This document shows positions 11,309-24,026 of a stretch of DNA of 64,000 nt, one piece after another. A model generated the notes under the pieces. The model was not told the origin of the DNA. It saw only the letters and a list, made by a program, of their open reading frames with translations, and did not search any database. Made by a program: the position numbers and the translations under genes. Positions within the stretch are counted from its first letter, which is position 1, and each line of letters starts with the position of its first letter. The stretch spans positions 88,910,001 to 88,974,000 of the forward strand of contig NC_058368.1 in NCBI RefSeq assembly GCF_018350175.1, given 5' to 3'. This DNA is from Felis catus (Eukaryota).

Positions 11309-14300
11309 GGCCCAGACTCAGTAACTCCAGTGACCCACGCTGAACCCAGGGTAAAACTCCAGGTAGCAGGTAAGTCCATCTCCTTTCTGTTGGACACGGA
11401 TGCTACCTATTCTGTCCTGCCAAGCTATTCCGGCCCCACTACGCCATCCTCCGTTTTGGTCATGGGCATAAATGGCACCCCCTCCATTCCCCCATGCACA
11501 CCAGTACTCACCTGCTATCTGGATGGCCTCCACTTCTCCCACTCCTTCCTAGTCATTCCCTCCTGCCCCATCCCCCAGTTGGGCCGAGACATCCTCGGTA
11601 AATTAGGAGCCTCTATACATTTACCAGCTATTTGCTCCTCTCCCTCCCCCACTCATCTCCTACTGGCCCTTATCACGGATGACACAGACCACAGCCTCAA
11701 CCCACACCCAGACCTCCCAGTAGACCCAGTCGTATGAGATACATCCACCCCAACAATTGTCACCCCATCACCAACCTGTCCTCATTAAACTCAAAAATCC
11801 ATCACAATTCCCATCTAGACCCCAATACTCAATCTCCCACACCCACCAACTAGGCCTGAAGCCCATCATCGATTGCCTACTCAAGGAGAGCCTCCTAATC
11901 CCATGTCATTCCCCCTGCAACACCCCGATCTTGCCTGTAAGAAAGCCAAATGGCTCATATAGACTAGTTCAAGACCTCCGAATAATCAATGAAGCTGTAA
12001 TTCCCATCCATCCAGTAGTGCCCAACCCATGTACCATCCTCTCCCCCCATCCATGACCCATTTTACAGTGCTTCATCTCAAAGATGCCTTTTTCACCATT
12101 CCCTTACATCCTGAGTCCCAACTCCTCTTTGCCTTCACATGGCAAGATCCAGTCACCTCTCTGGCCTGCCAACTCACATGGACAGTACTTCCCCAGGGAT
12201 TTCATGATAGTCCCCATCTCTTTGGGCAGGCCTTGGGCAGGGATCTCCTCAAAGCCCCCCTCTCCAGTCACTGTACTCTACTACAGTACGTAGATGACTT
12301 TCTATTATATGGAACCTCTTTCGACCACACCAAACAAGATACAGTCCAGATCCTAAATTTCCTGGCTAACCTGGGGTATCGAGTCTCCCCACACAAAGCC
12401 CAAATCTGTACTAATACAGTCACATTCCTGGGAGTCTCACTCACACCTACTACCAAGGCCCTAACCCAAGATCATCTCCAAGCCCTCCAGACCCTGTCCC
12501 CACCTGCCAATGCAGATGAAATCCTCTCCTTCCTGGGTCTAGTGGGCTTCTTCCAACACTGTATCCCTAACTTTGCTATACACGCAGCCCCCCTATACAA
12601 AGCAGCCAAAGAAACCCCCCAAGGCCCACTCTCCAGCCCGGAATCTGTCGCAAGGGCCTTCCAACGGCTGGTCACATCTCTAGTCACTCAACCGGTCCTT
12701 TCCCTTCCTAATGTTTCAAAGCCTTTCCTCTTATACACAGATGAGAGGGCTGGAATTGCAACAGGGCTCCTAACCCAACCATGTGGCCCTAAGTTACAAG
12801 CTGTCGCCTACCTTTCTAAACAACTGGACCCTACCATCAGGGGGTGGCAACCCTACCTCAGAGCACTTGCAGCAGCAGCCACCCTAACCCAAGAGGCACT
12901 CAAACTCATCCTACACTGCCCCCTAACGGTACTTTCACCGCGTCTATCTGATCTCCTTACACATAAGGCCCTGGCACACCTCTCCCCATCACGCATACAA
13001 TTGTTCCATCTGCTCTTTATTGGAAATCCTGAAATATCTCTCCAACTCTCCCCCAGACTCAATCCTGCCATGCTACTTCCACAAATCAACCCCAAAGACA
13101 CTTCACAGCCACTCTTTCACTCCTGCACTGAACTTAAAGATATTCTCTCTAAACCTCCATCTAACTTAAAGGACCTTCCCCTCACTTCCCCTGATTTCAC
13201 CGTATTTGTAGACGGTAGCTCACTAGTTGACTGCAGGGGCCACCGACGAGCAGCGTATGTAGTTACATTAAACCAAACTCTAGAGACCCAGACACAACCC
13301 ACAGGGACCACATCCCAGAAGGCTGAACTCACAGGCCTCATTAGGGCTCTCCAATTGTCCAAAAACAAAAGGGTCACAATATACACAGACTCAAAATATG
13401 CTTTCCTTATTGCACATACACACTCCCACTTATGGGAAGAAAGAGGATTCCTCACAACTAAGGGTACCCCCATCATCAACAGGCCACTCATAGAGAAACC
13501 CCTTGAGGCCCTCAAACTCCCACAGGAAGTGCCATTGTCCACTGCAAGGGCCATCAACCCCTAACCACAGAGATAGCTATAGGAAATCACAAGGCTGACA
13601 ACACTGCTAGACAAACAGCTCTCTCTCTCTTGACCCAGTTCCTATGGGCATCCTCACTGAAGATACAACTCCCGATTATACCCCAGATGAACAAAAACAA
13701 TACATGGCCCATCCCAATGCCCACACCAACGCAGGCTAGATCATGCTGGGCTCCCGACTAGCCCTCCCAAATAGCCTAGTCCCTTCCCTACTAACAAAAA
13801 TCCACAAAACCCTACACATTGGGCCAGAGGCCACCTTCCGCTTCCTTGAGCTCATTATGTACCACCCCCACCTACGACAACTGATCACCAAAACACACCA
13901 ACAATGCACCACATGCGCCACAGTCAGTTCCCAAGGGAGAATGAAGCACTCATCAGATGCGGGGCCATCTCCCAGGCGAAGACTGGCAAATAGATTTCAC
14001 TCACATGCCAAAACACAAAAAATTACGTTATCTCCTTACTATAATTGACACTTTTACAGGGTGGATAGAAGCCTCCCCCACCTCATCTGAAGGGGCCTCC
14101 ACAGTGGCTGAGATCCTTCTTAAGGACGTCATTCTCCACTTTGGTCTACCGAGAAGGATACAGTCTGACAATGGGCCTTGCTTTCATCTCAGCAGTCACC
14201 CAACAGGTCTCCAAAGCTTTAGGTATTACTTGGAAACTCAACATACCATACCACCCCCAGTCCTCAGGTAAGGTTGAAAGGGCCAATGGCCTCATAAAAG

Positions 14301-14825
14301 ACCATCTCACTAAACTCTCCATAGAGACTCGGCTTTCTTGGCCTCAACTCCTACCTATAGCACTCACCTGACTCCGAGCCGCTCCCCGAGGACCCACAGG
14401 CCCCAGCCTATTTGAACTCCTATACAGGCGACCCTTTCTGTTACCCCAACCCCTACCAAAAGATCCTCCTCCTTTGGCTGCCTATCTCCCTTACCTCAGC
14501 CTGCTCCGACACCTGATTTGACAGTACGCTGACCTTATTCTACCAGCTCCCACCGATCTCTCTTCCCCTTCACTATCCGTAAACCTAGGAGACTCAGTGC
14601 TCCTTCGAGTAAGACAAAAACCAACCCTTGCCCCCCGATAGGAGGGTCCCTACACAGTCATACTCACAACCCCCACGGCTGCTAAATTATTGCGCCACAC
14701 CCTGTGGGTTCACACCTCCGACCTCAAGCAGGCCCCCCTTTACCCCCCATACCAGAAGAGTCGTGGACCTCCCAACCAACCAGCTCCCTCACCCTCAAAC
14801 TAACCTGACAGGCCCCTTCATGACT
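11309..14825 (+). pseudogene. pol: ERV-Fc pro-pol (protease, RT, RNase H, integrase), disrupted; end approximate
   Basis: LLDTDATYSVL protease; YRLVQDLR, LPQGF and LLQYVDD RT; FVDGSS and YTDSKY RNase H; WQIDFTHMP, SDNG and PQSSGKVER integrase; GPY motif. Confidence 0.93.
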
Positions 14826-15017
14826 GACCCTTCCCCTTGGTTTTCCACCTTCACACTCACAATATTACATGAGCTACAACTCTCCCACTCATCTGACCCC
14901 ATCACCCTCCCCTTATTTCTCTCCTGGGTCTCGACTGTTGGCTTCAGGGAACTCTCTCCGATTTCTCCCCCATCGAAATCTCCTTCTTTACCTTTTTGCT
15001 AACGATACTTATATATC

Positions 15018-16692
15018 ATGATGATACTTCCCTTGTTACTCCTTATCATCCCCCTTATACCCTCACAACCCTCCTATAGGTGGGTTTTTTACCTATCCGA
15101 AACTTTTAATGGACACACCTCTATCATATCCTCTACCCCTTGCCCCATTGTTGGGTGCCAAAATCCAGTCACCTTTAAATTCCCCTCTTTCAACACCCTC
15201 CAAGCCTCCACACAGATTACTCCCGCCATTTGCTTTTTATATGACCAAACCAAGATATGCTCCCAAACCTCCCCCAACCAATATGGAGGATACCCCTATC
15301 ACTATTGTAATATACACTGGCTCAACCTATACTGTTTCACAGGACCAAGGACGGGCCACTTCTGCTTAAAAAATGGCAACTTTACCCTTACTATCCCTGA
15401 TCCATGGGATACCCGCTAGCAAACCGGAATAAAGGCAAACTGTATCAGAACAACCATTTCTCTAACCCCATCTCCTCTTTAACCATCTATCGAACCTATG
15501 AGTCCTCAATGTCTCCTTCCCTCTCCAACCTTAAAGATCTTACCCAAGTAATCATGGACCAAGAAGACCAGCTCAACACACAACTACAGACACCCCCTGC
15601 ACAACATCCCTTCTCATGGCTTACATTCATCAGACAAGGAGCGATCCTGCTTAACCACTCAGGCTTAACCAACCTGTCACACTGCTTTCTTTGTGCATCC
15701 TTTCAGCGGGATCCAGTAATAGCTGTCCCATTACCCACACCCTTTCCCAACACCACTAACTCCATCAACCACTCCAGAAGTCAAATCTCCCTACAGGTTC
15801 CCATCCTCACTGAGACCCCTCAAGGCAACATGTCTCACCCAATATGCTACTCCTCTCATGCCTCCCTAACTTGCCCCTCCCCCCTGCCTATGCCTAGCCA
15901 CGACCCTCCCCCAGGGGGATTCTATTGGTGTAATGGAACAGCTTATAAACAAATGCCAAAAAATGCTTTTGTCTGTCTCCCAGTCACCATTATCCCCCAA
16001 CTCACCCTATACGGACAGGAAGAACACCATCAACTCCTCGAATTCCATCTCCAAAAACGAGCCGTTTTCCTCCCACTAATGGTCGGACTATCCCTTGCCA
16101 CATCCCTATTGGCCGCCGGGGTTGGGACCGACTCCCTCGCACACTCTATTACCTCCTCCAGGGACCTGTCAGACTCCAAATTGCAATAGAAGCCTCAGCA
16201 ACCTCCCTATCCACCTTACAAAGGCAGATCAACTCCCTAGCACAGGTCACTCTACAAAACCGATGAGCCCTAGATCTCCTGACAGCAGAAAAAGGGGGAA
16301 CATGCCTGTTCCTGAGGGAAGAATGTTGCTACTACATCAATGAATCAGGCTTAGTTGAAACCAATATAGAACACCTAAAGGAAATCCAAAAAACTCTATC
16401 CACCCGCCCAGGATCCTCAGACCCCCTAACCTCCTGGTGGCAGTCACCCCTCTTAACTTGGCTCCTCCCCACAGTCACCCCACTAGTTGCTATCTGTATA
16501 ATACTTATGCTCTTACCTTGTTTTCTCTGTTTCATACGGACATGAATTCATGAAGTTTCCCAGTTCGCATTTCATCAAATGGTGGTCCGGCCCTATTCCC
16601 GCATTCCAACCTCAGATCCCACATACTATGGCATCACCCTTACACCCGCAAGAAGCAGCCAGATCAGATCCGTCACCCATTATCATCCATAA
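15018..16692 (+). pseudogene. env: ERV-Fc env (SU+TM), about 2 frameshifts and 2 stops
   Basis: Signal peptide MMILPLLLLIIPLIP; CFLC motif; furin-like LQKR followed by fusion peptide AVFLPLMVGL; ISD LQNR*ALDLLTAEKGGT; CX6CC CLFLREECC; TM anchor; TAA at 16690-16692. Confidence 0.92.
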
Positions 16693-16702
16693 GAGGTTGG
16701 AA

Positions 16703-17101
16703 TGTTAGGATGTCCCTGGAAGGGGACAACCATCTTGCCAGTGTGCTGGAAGAAACCTCGCCAGCGCGTGGGAAGAAACTGAAGGGCAACCAATCACCAA
16801 GCGCCAGCACAACCCAACAGAGAGCCCCGAGCAGTGCGCCAGAAGAAACTGAAGGTCAACCAATCACCGAGCAACAGCACAATCTGGCACGAAAGAAAGA
16901 CCCACCCGAACCTAAACCCGGAACTGCTGCAGCTTAAAAACCCTACCCCACCTTACCTGGGTATGACTTTCCTGACTCCTCTCACTCCCTGAGTCACGGA
17001 ACCTTACCCAGAACCTTTGTTCCCAATAAAGCCTTAAACTGTAAAAAATTCTTTTTGACTCTAACTCCTATCTTTACCCCGCCCAACGCCTGACACTAAT
17101 A
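16703..17101 (+). repeat. 3' LTR of the ERV-Fc provirus (399 bp)
   Basis: Preceded by the purine tract aagaggttggaa. Homologous to 3035-3341, with ~92 extra bp of U3 repeats; ends ...ctaata. Confidence 0.95.
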
Positions 17102-18023
17102 AATCGCAGATCTCCACTTCTTGTATGGACCATGCCAGGGTGTGGGAAGGGGATGGGGAAATCCTCACAACTATTATTCTGCTTGACTCTGCCCAGTGGA
17201 GGGAGACAAGGGCAGGGGCACCCTAGATGGTGTGGGCACAGGGCAGGGTGAGACAGGACAGCCCTGAGAGTGCACAAGGAGGAGTTGTCTTCTCTGGGGA
17301 AAGCAACAAGGGATAAACATTCAGAGAAAAAACAAGACCAACCTCAGAGAAACAGATGAGAATGGAAAATCCAGAAGATTATACCTTTCCTCTTCAGAAG
17401 GATTGATTCTCCAGTCCCCTGAGTCAGATCTAGTGGAAAGGAGACATGACAACATTCAGGATGTTTGAATCTTGAATCAGATACCACGTTGCAAAAGGCT
17501 CCTCAGTATGAAATCAGCATTTAACAGTAAGATGAAACAAACAACGTGGGGGAGGGGAGAACATGTTTGTCTGAGATATGTTTCAGGAAACACCACCTGA
17601 GGGATCCAGAGGCACTCGACTTTCCAGGCCAATTTCAATATGAAATCATTTTTAGAGAAAAAGTAATCAACAGAAAATAGTATTCATTTGTATGACTACT
17701 TTAAAATGCACTCTAGAGGTTACCACACATCCCTGCATCCAGGAAGGGAAAGGGCACAACGTTGAAGGTAATGGAGGAGAGAGGCTTGTTTCAGGGTGAG
17801 GAGGTGGACTTGGGCCCCACTTCAAGGCACTCCACCCTAGGACTTCTTTCCCAAGAGGGAGGTGAATACAGGTGTTGATTTGTTCAGAAATGAGCTAAAG
17901 AGATGATCAGGAAGTGAGGTTGGGAATAAGGGATTGGGAACGTGGGACAGGGCTGTGGGGACAGAAGAATTCAAAGTGTGGGCTTATAGGCAGGCTCCAT
18001 TCAAACGTGGAAACGGGTATAAT

Positions 18024-18399
18024 TGTTATGCCCAGAATTCGTGATCCTCAAATACCACCAGGGAGCTGAGTCCGATGCAAAAGCAAAAGAGCCTTTGTTC
18101 GAGCTAGCTCGAGTTCAATCCCCTACCTGCACCGACGCAGCAGTGAGATACCAGGGAGAGAGAGTGAGTTTCAAAAGCACAAAGGTTTTATAGGGGTCTA
18201 GAGGCAGTTGGTGAGGTAATGGCTATGGCCTCAGCTGATTGGCTGGGGTAGGATCGGAGTCCTGTTACGCAGGTCGCTGGGCATGTTTTAATCAGGAAGT
18301 TTGAACGGGTAAGCGGGAGGTTACTCAAGGGGAGGAGGCATGGTCTAGGTGAAGGACACAGAACAAGATGGAGTCGGCCAGCATAGGCCCGCCCTTTCA
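18024..18399 (-). repeat. 3' LTR of the gammaretroviral provirus
   Basis: On the minus strand it starts TGAAAG right after the PPT and ends ...CATAACA. Contains CCAAT and TATAAAA. Confidence 0.95.
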
Positions 18400-18409
18400 T
18401 TCCCCCCTT

Positions 18410-18709
18410 GTCATGTAGCTTAGGGACCCAATCATGGGACCGGCTGCATTTATGGTGACAAGGGGAACAGAGTTTGGAGGTTTACGCAAAGTTCTGGGAA
18501 GCAAGTGTCCCTGGGGTGGCTCTGGGAGCTCTGATTATTGTCCCCGAGCTGGTGTCTATGATCTGCCAGGTGATGTTTTGGGGGGCGTGGGGACTCCCGG
18601 CAGCATGAGCAATGACAAGCAGAGTTAACAGAGTTACCAATATTAGGTGGGTCGAATGTGCTGTAGCTTGAGCTTGAGCAGGTTGTGTTGGTCCCGATTG
18701 AGGGCCCAT
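18410..18709 (-). pseudogene. env: env remnant (signal peptide plus first ~50 SU residues)
   Basis: HLILVTLLTLLVIAHAA signal, then GSPHAPQNITWQII (gammaretroviral SPH motif) and, after a frameshift, HPRDTCFPELCVNL. The PPT follows within ~50 bp. Confidence 0.82.
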
Positions 18710-21700
18710 CACATGACGAAGTCCTTCTGGATCGAGGAGGGGTCCGCTGGCCGAACGTGGGTATGATGGACCCAGGTCACGATGCCATCTACTTTGAGAC
18801 CGGTGGGGGTTGTCAGCACCACGATGTAGGGTCCCTTCCAGCGCAGCTCGAGGGTCTCTCGGTGGTGCCTCTTGACGTAGACCCAGTCTCCCGGCCTGTA
18901 CTGATGAGGTGTTGGGGTTGGGCCAGCCTCGTAGATGGCACGGAGGTGCAGCCAAATGTCCTCGTGCGCCCTCTAGAGCCCTCTCAAGGAAAGAAAAAGT
19001 TCTTGACCTTTAAACTCAGCAATAAGTTTAGCTCGAAGGCTGGGAATAACAGGGGGTGGCCTGCCAAACATGATCTCGTAGGGAGTAAAACCCAGAGTGT
19101 AAGGAGTGTTTCTAACCCGGTAAAGGGCGTACAGTAGGAGAGTCACCCAGTCCCCGCCAGTCTCCATGGTTAATTTGGTAAGGATCTCTTTTAGGGTTCT
19201 ATTCATTCTTTCTACCTGTCCTGAGCTCTGGGGCCTATAAGCACAATGTAATTTGCAGTTTGCCCCCACCGCCTTGGCTACTGCCTGTGTTACCTGTGAG
19301 ATAAAAGCTGGTCCATTATCTGATCCTACCATGACAGGAAAACCATACCTGGGTAAGATGTCTTCTAGTAGCTTCTTGGCCACCGTCTGAGCCATTTCAT
19401 GCTTGGTTGGGTATGCCTCCACCCAGCCAGAGAAGGTGTCTGTAAATACTAAAAGATATTTTAACCATACTTTCCTGGTTTGACTTCAGTGAAGTTGACT
19501 TCCCATTGGGCTCCCGGTCTGGTGCCTCTGAGCCTGGTTCCCTTTTTATTTGATGTGGCTCTCGCGTTGGTGAGTTGGCAGGTCTTGCAGGCAGATACAA
19601 CTTGCTCTATTTTGGTGTCCTGTTAGTGAATCTTGATTCCGGCATGTCGGATTAAGTCTTTTAATTTTCGGGCCCCCATGTGAGTAGACCGATGCATGTG
19701 CTCTAATATTGAGACTCTGAGCTGGTCTGGCAGCATGAGTTCCTTGTTAGTTGTATACCACCATCCCTTTATCTCTTGGGCCATGGGGAGTTTCTTGATC
19801 CGCTGTAACTCCTCCTGGGAGTATTTGGGCTGGTCTGGTAAAACTGGGTCTCCCAGGTCTGGTAGTTGTATGGTCACGGTGGGGACTGAAGTAAGGGCTA
19901 CTGCCTTGGCTGCCTGGTCAGCCTTTTGATTACCTCTAGCTACTGGGTTATCAGCTTTTTGGTGCCCTTGGCAGTGGATGATGGCTAGCTTGGCAGGAAG
20001 CCATAAGGCTGTAAGCAGGTTAAGTATCTCCTGCTTATTCTTTATAGTCCGTCCTTCTGCCATCAGTAACCCCCTCTCCTGATAAATTGCCCCATGAATA
20101 TGAGCTGTGGCAAATGCATAACGGCTGTCTGTGTAGATGTTAAGCCGTTTTCCAGCTCCCAGCATCAGAGCCTTGGTGAGGACTATGAGCTCTGCTCGCT
20201 GGGCTGACGTTCCGGAGGGTAGAGCCTCCACCCAAACGGTGTCCGTTTCGGTGACCACCGCTGCACCCGCATACCTGTGTCTGTCTCGCACAAAGCTGCT
20301 GCCATCAGTGAACCAAGTAGCCTTGGCATTGGAGAGGGGCCAGTTGGTCAGGTCCGTCCAGAATCCATGTACTTGTTTCAGGATTCCCGCACAGTCATGT
20401 AGTGGAGCACCTAGGTCAGGGTCAGGCAGCAGGGTTGCAGGATTGAGGACTGCACTGGGGTGGAATCGCACTCATGGAGGGTTGAGTAGGAGGCTCTGGT
20501 AATGAGTCACACACGTGTTGCTCATCCATCTATCAGGAGGCTGTTTCAGGACCCCTTCAATGGCTTGTGGGGTCGTGATCCAGATCTCCTGTCCTAGGGT
20601 CAGTTTGCGTCCTTGACTAGAAGTGCTGTCGCCGCAATTCTTAGGCATGGCGGCCAGCTGGCAGCCACTGGGTCTAGTTTCCTAGAGGACAGGTAAGCCA
20701 CTGGGCAGTTCCAGGGGCCTAAGGCTTGAGTTAGAACCCCTTTTGCTATTCCTTTATGTTCGTCTACAAAGAGGTGGAAGGGCTTCGTAATGTCTGGTAG
20801 GCCCAGGGCTGGGGCACTTAGGAGGGCCTTTTTTAACTGATTAAAGGCAGTTTCTTCTTTTTCAGCCCATTTAAATGTTTTCTCCTCTTTTGTAGCTTCA
20901 TATAGGGGCCTGGCGATCTCAGCAAAACCTGGAACCCAGAGGCGGCAGTAGCCGGCTGATCCTAGGAATTCCCTCACTTCTCTTCGGGAGGTGGGAGTAG
21001 GGATCTTTAGGACAGTTTCTTTTCTGGCATCTGATAACCACCTCTGTCCACCCTCCAGGATATATCCCAGGTAACTTACCCTCTCCCTGCATATCTGAGC
21101 CTTCTTCGCGGATGCCCAGTACCCTAAGGCCCCCAGGGTAGCCAGCAGGTCCTGGGTCCCTCGCTCACAGTCTTGGACCATGTCGGCAGCAATCAGGATG
21201 TCATCTACGTACTGTAGAAGGGTGAGGCCAGGGTGCTCCCTTCTGTACTCACCCAGGTCCTCGTGTAGTGCCTCGTCGAAAATGAGGTGAATTTTTGAAT
21301 CCCTGAGGTAGCCGTGTCCAGGTGAATTGCCCACTGTAGCCCTCCTCTCAATCATGGCACTCGAAGGCAAACAAGGGTTAGCTCTGGGGTGCCAGCGGCA
21401 GACTGAAGAAGGCGTCCTTTAAATCTAGCACAGTATACCAGACACTGGAGGGCGCCAAGGAGCTCAAGAGAGTATATGGGTTGGGAACAATTGGGTGTAT
21501 GTCTGTGACCCTCTTATTTACTTCCCGGAGGTCTTGTACTGGCCGGTAGTCATTTGTGTGAGGCTTTTTGACCAGCAGTAGGGGGGTGTTCCAGGCAGAC
21601 TACCAAGGAACTAGTACCCCTAGGCTTCGTAGTCTCCGGATGTGTGGCTGGATCCCCTTCCGGGCCTCCTGAGACATGGGGTATTGTTTGATCCTTACCG

Positions 21701-22228
21701 GACTCTCTCCTGGTTTGAGCTCTACCAGGACTGGGGTCCTGTGAGCGGCTAGTCCCATCCCCCCCGTCTCTGCCCAAACTGAGGGGAATTCTTGTAGCCA
21801 TCTGTCTATATTATCCTCTCTCGGGAGCGCCTCCTGGTGGAGGCGGTATTCATCCTCCAGTTTCATGGTCAGGACCTGGATGGGTGGCCCTTGCCATTGG
21901 TGACCTGAGGACCCCCTTGTCTGAAAGTTATCTGAGCTCCAATCTTGGTCAGTAAGTCCCGTCCTAACAGCGGGTAGGGGCATTCTGGTATTACCATAAA
22001 GGAGTGGGATACCCGGCCCGTTCCCAAATCTACTGTTCTTCGGGTAGTCCATGAATACTGGCTCATATCAGTTGCCCCTTGTACCCAGGACTTCTTCCTG
22101 GCTAGTTTTCCTTGTGGGGTGCGGAGGACTGAATGTTGTGCTCCGGTGTCAACAAGGAAGTCAACAGGGGACCCCTCCACTTTAAGAGTTACCCTGGGTT
22201 CGGGGAGAGGGTCCAAACCCCGACTCCC
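18643..22228 (-). pseudogene. pol: Gammaretroviral pro-pol, disrupted
   Basis: [10 protein letters not shown] and [10 protein letters not shown] protease; [21 protein letters not shown] and YTDSRYAF RNase H; SDNGPAF and [16 protein letters not shown] integrase. Confidence 0.95.
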
Positions 22229-23572
22229 CTAATCAGTTCATCTAGCTCTAGGACTTCTACTCGATCAGTCTTGCTTCCCTTCCTGCTGGCCCTTTTCAGA
22301 CAATCTCGGGCCCAATGCCCTATCTCCTTGCAGTATGTGCACTGATCCTTCTGCAGCCTCTGCTTCCCCCCCTTGGTGGTTCCTTTACCTTTTCTTGCAT
22401 TGTCTGCCAGCTGCCGGAGATGGAGGTCTCGTTCTTCGGGGAAGTCAGCAGTGGTAGCTAGTAGTATTCTGGCCAGGTCTCGAGTCTGCTTACTGCTGGC
22501 AGCCTCCATGGTGCGAGCCTGCTTGTCCTCAGGAGGCTCCCGGTTATTATATACCTTTTTAGTTACCACCAGTAAGTCCTGCAGACTTTTTTCTCCTAGT
22601 CTATCTATTTTCTGTAATTTTCTCCTAATGTCTATGGCCGATTGGTTTACAAAGGCCATGATAACAGCTGCCTTGCTTTCCGGAGCCTCTGGATCCATGG
22701 GGGTATAGATACGGAATGCCTCCATGATCCGTTCTAAAAAGGCAGCCGGAGATTCATCTTTTCCCTGTTGTACATTTCCTACCTTGGCCAAATTGGTTGG
22801 CTTTCTAGCAGCCATTCGGAGACCCCCCATTAGAGTCTGGCAGTAGACCCGGAGCCTCTCCTTACCTTCTGCCATGTTGAAATTCCACTGGGGCTGAGTT
22901 AAGGGGAAGGAGGCATCTATCTGAGCCTGGTTGGTGGTGGGATTCCCGTCTGCGCCCGGAACTAGTTTTTGGGTCCCATTGAGGATTCTTTCTCTTTCTT
23001 CAGTCGTGAACAAGACCTGCAAAAGCTGCTGGCAATCATCCCACATGGGCTGATGGGTAAAAAGAACAGAGTCTAATAAATCAATAAGCCCTGCCAGTTT
23101 CTCGGATAACTTAGGATTCTGGGCTTTCCAATTGTAGAGGTCACTAGTGGCGAAAGGCCAATAGTGATGGGGCTGATTCCCCTCCGCATCTGGGGGTCCG
23201 GTGGCTCGCAGGGGCAGAATAGTGGAGTCGGCGGTGGAGGCGGATTGCTCCCTCTGAGCCCTTTGGTAAAGGACGGGCTTCCCACTGGAGCGTTTCTGCC
23301 TCCCGCTCTCGAAAAGCATCTGCCTCCCCTGGAGGGGGAGGATGGTGTTCTTCTGGCATCCTAGAGGGGTTATACGGGGGAGGAAAAATTAATTCTTCTT
23401 CAGTACCCCCTTGTAGGACAGGGTAGAGGGATGCTGAAGGCTGGGTAAGACTTTTCTTGTTTTCCTTCTTTGTCCCCTGCAAAGCAAGAATGGGTTTGTC
23501 TCCGGAGGGAGCGAGGCTAGGAAGGGCTTAAGCCAAGAGGGTGGGTAGAGGGGTAGTCTGAGTCTGTCCCAT
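22229..23572 (-). pseudogene. gag: Gammaretroviral gag with most of matrix deleted
   Basis: MGQTQTTPL start at 23572; PPPY late domain; capsid WPFATSDLYNWK and QGKDESPAAFLER; single knuckle CTYCKEIGHWARDC; TAG-G read-through stop at 22229-22231. Confidence 0.93.
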
Positions 23573-24006
23573 AACGTCTGTCCAGTAAGTCCACAGAACA
23601 AAACAGAGAAACACAAAAACAAACAAACAGAGGGCCCCTAGAAAGTCTTCCAACTCCATGGAAGCAAAACTGAAAGCTAGCTTAGACCTTTGAGGGGATT
23701 CCACATCCCTCCAAAGACAACGGCCTCACGCCGACCAGCGGGAGCAACCTGCCTCATCTCAGACCTTTGAGGGGATTCCACATCCCTCCAAAACAGATGA
23801 GGGGATTCCACGTCCCTCCAGAAGGGAGGATCGGAACGTCTTCTGAAACTCCCGGCCCTTGGTCCTCCAGTGTGTCCACTGAGACCACGTCGGGCACTAC
23901 CAGAATTCCAGAAATGAGCTCACACAGAAAAGACAGAACAAACAGACAGACACTAACCGTGGCCAGTCAGGCTCTCCGGGTCGGGGGTCCCTCGGGGGTC
24001 TTGGGG

Positions 24007-24024
24007 ATCCCGGACGAGCCCCCA
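24007..24024 (-). promoter_or_regulatory. Primer-binding site, tRNA-Pro
   Basis: The minus strand reads TGGGGGCTCGTCCGGGAT, the canonical Pro PBS. Confidence 0.97.
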
Positions 24025-24026
24025 AA

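Larger units (their letters stand above)
3035..17101 (+). mobile_element. Complete defective ERV-Fc-type provirus (LTR-gag-pro-pol-env-LTR), interrupted in gag by an L1
   Basis: Paired LTRs start tgttaggatgtccct at 3035 and 16703. tRNA-Phe PBS, purine tract before the 3' LTR, gag with two CCHC knuckles, pro/RT/RNaseH/IN and env motifs. 5-bp TSD aatca (3030-3034) / aatcg (17102-17106). Confidence 0.93.

Noticed and set aside
15018..16692. Co-opted syncytin or other functional env
   Set aside because: Frameshifts near 15415 and 16170 and stops at 16264 and 16543; decay matches the rest of the provirus.
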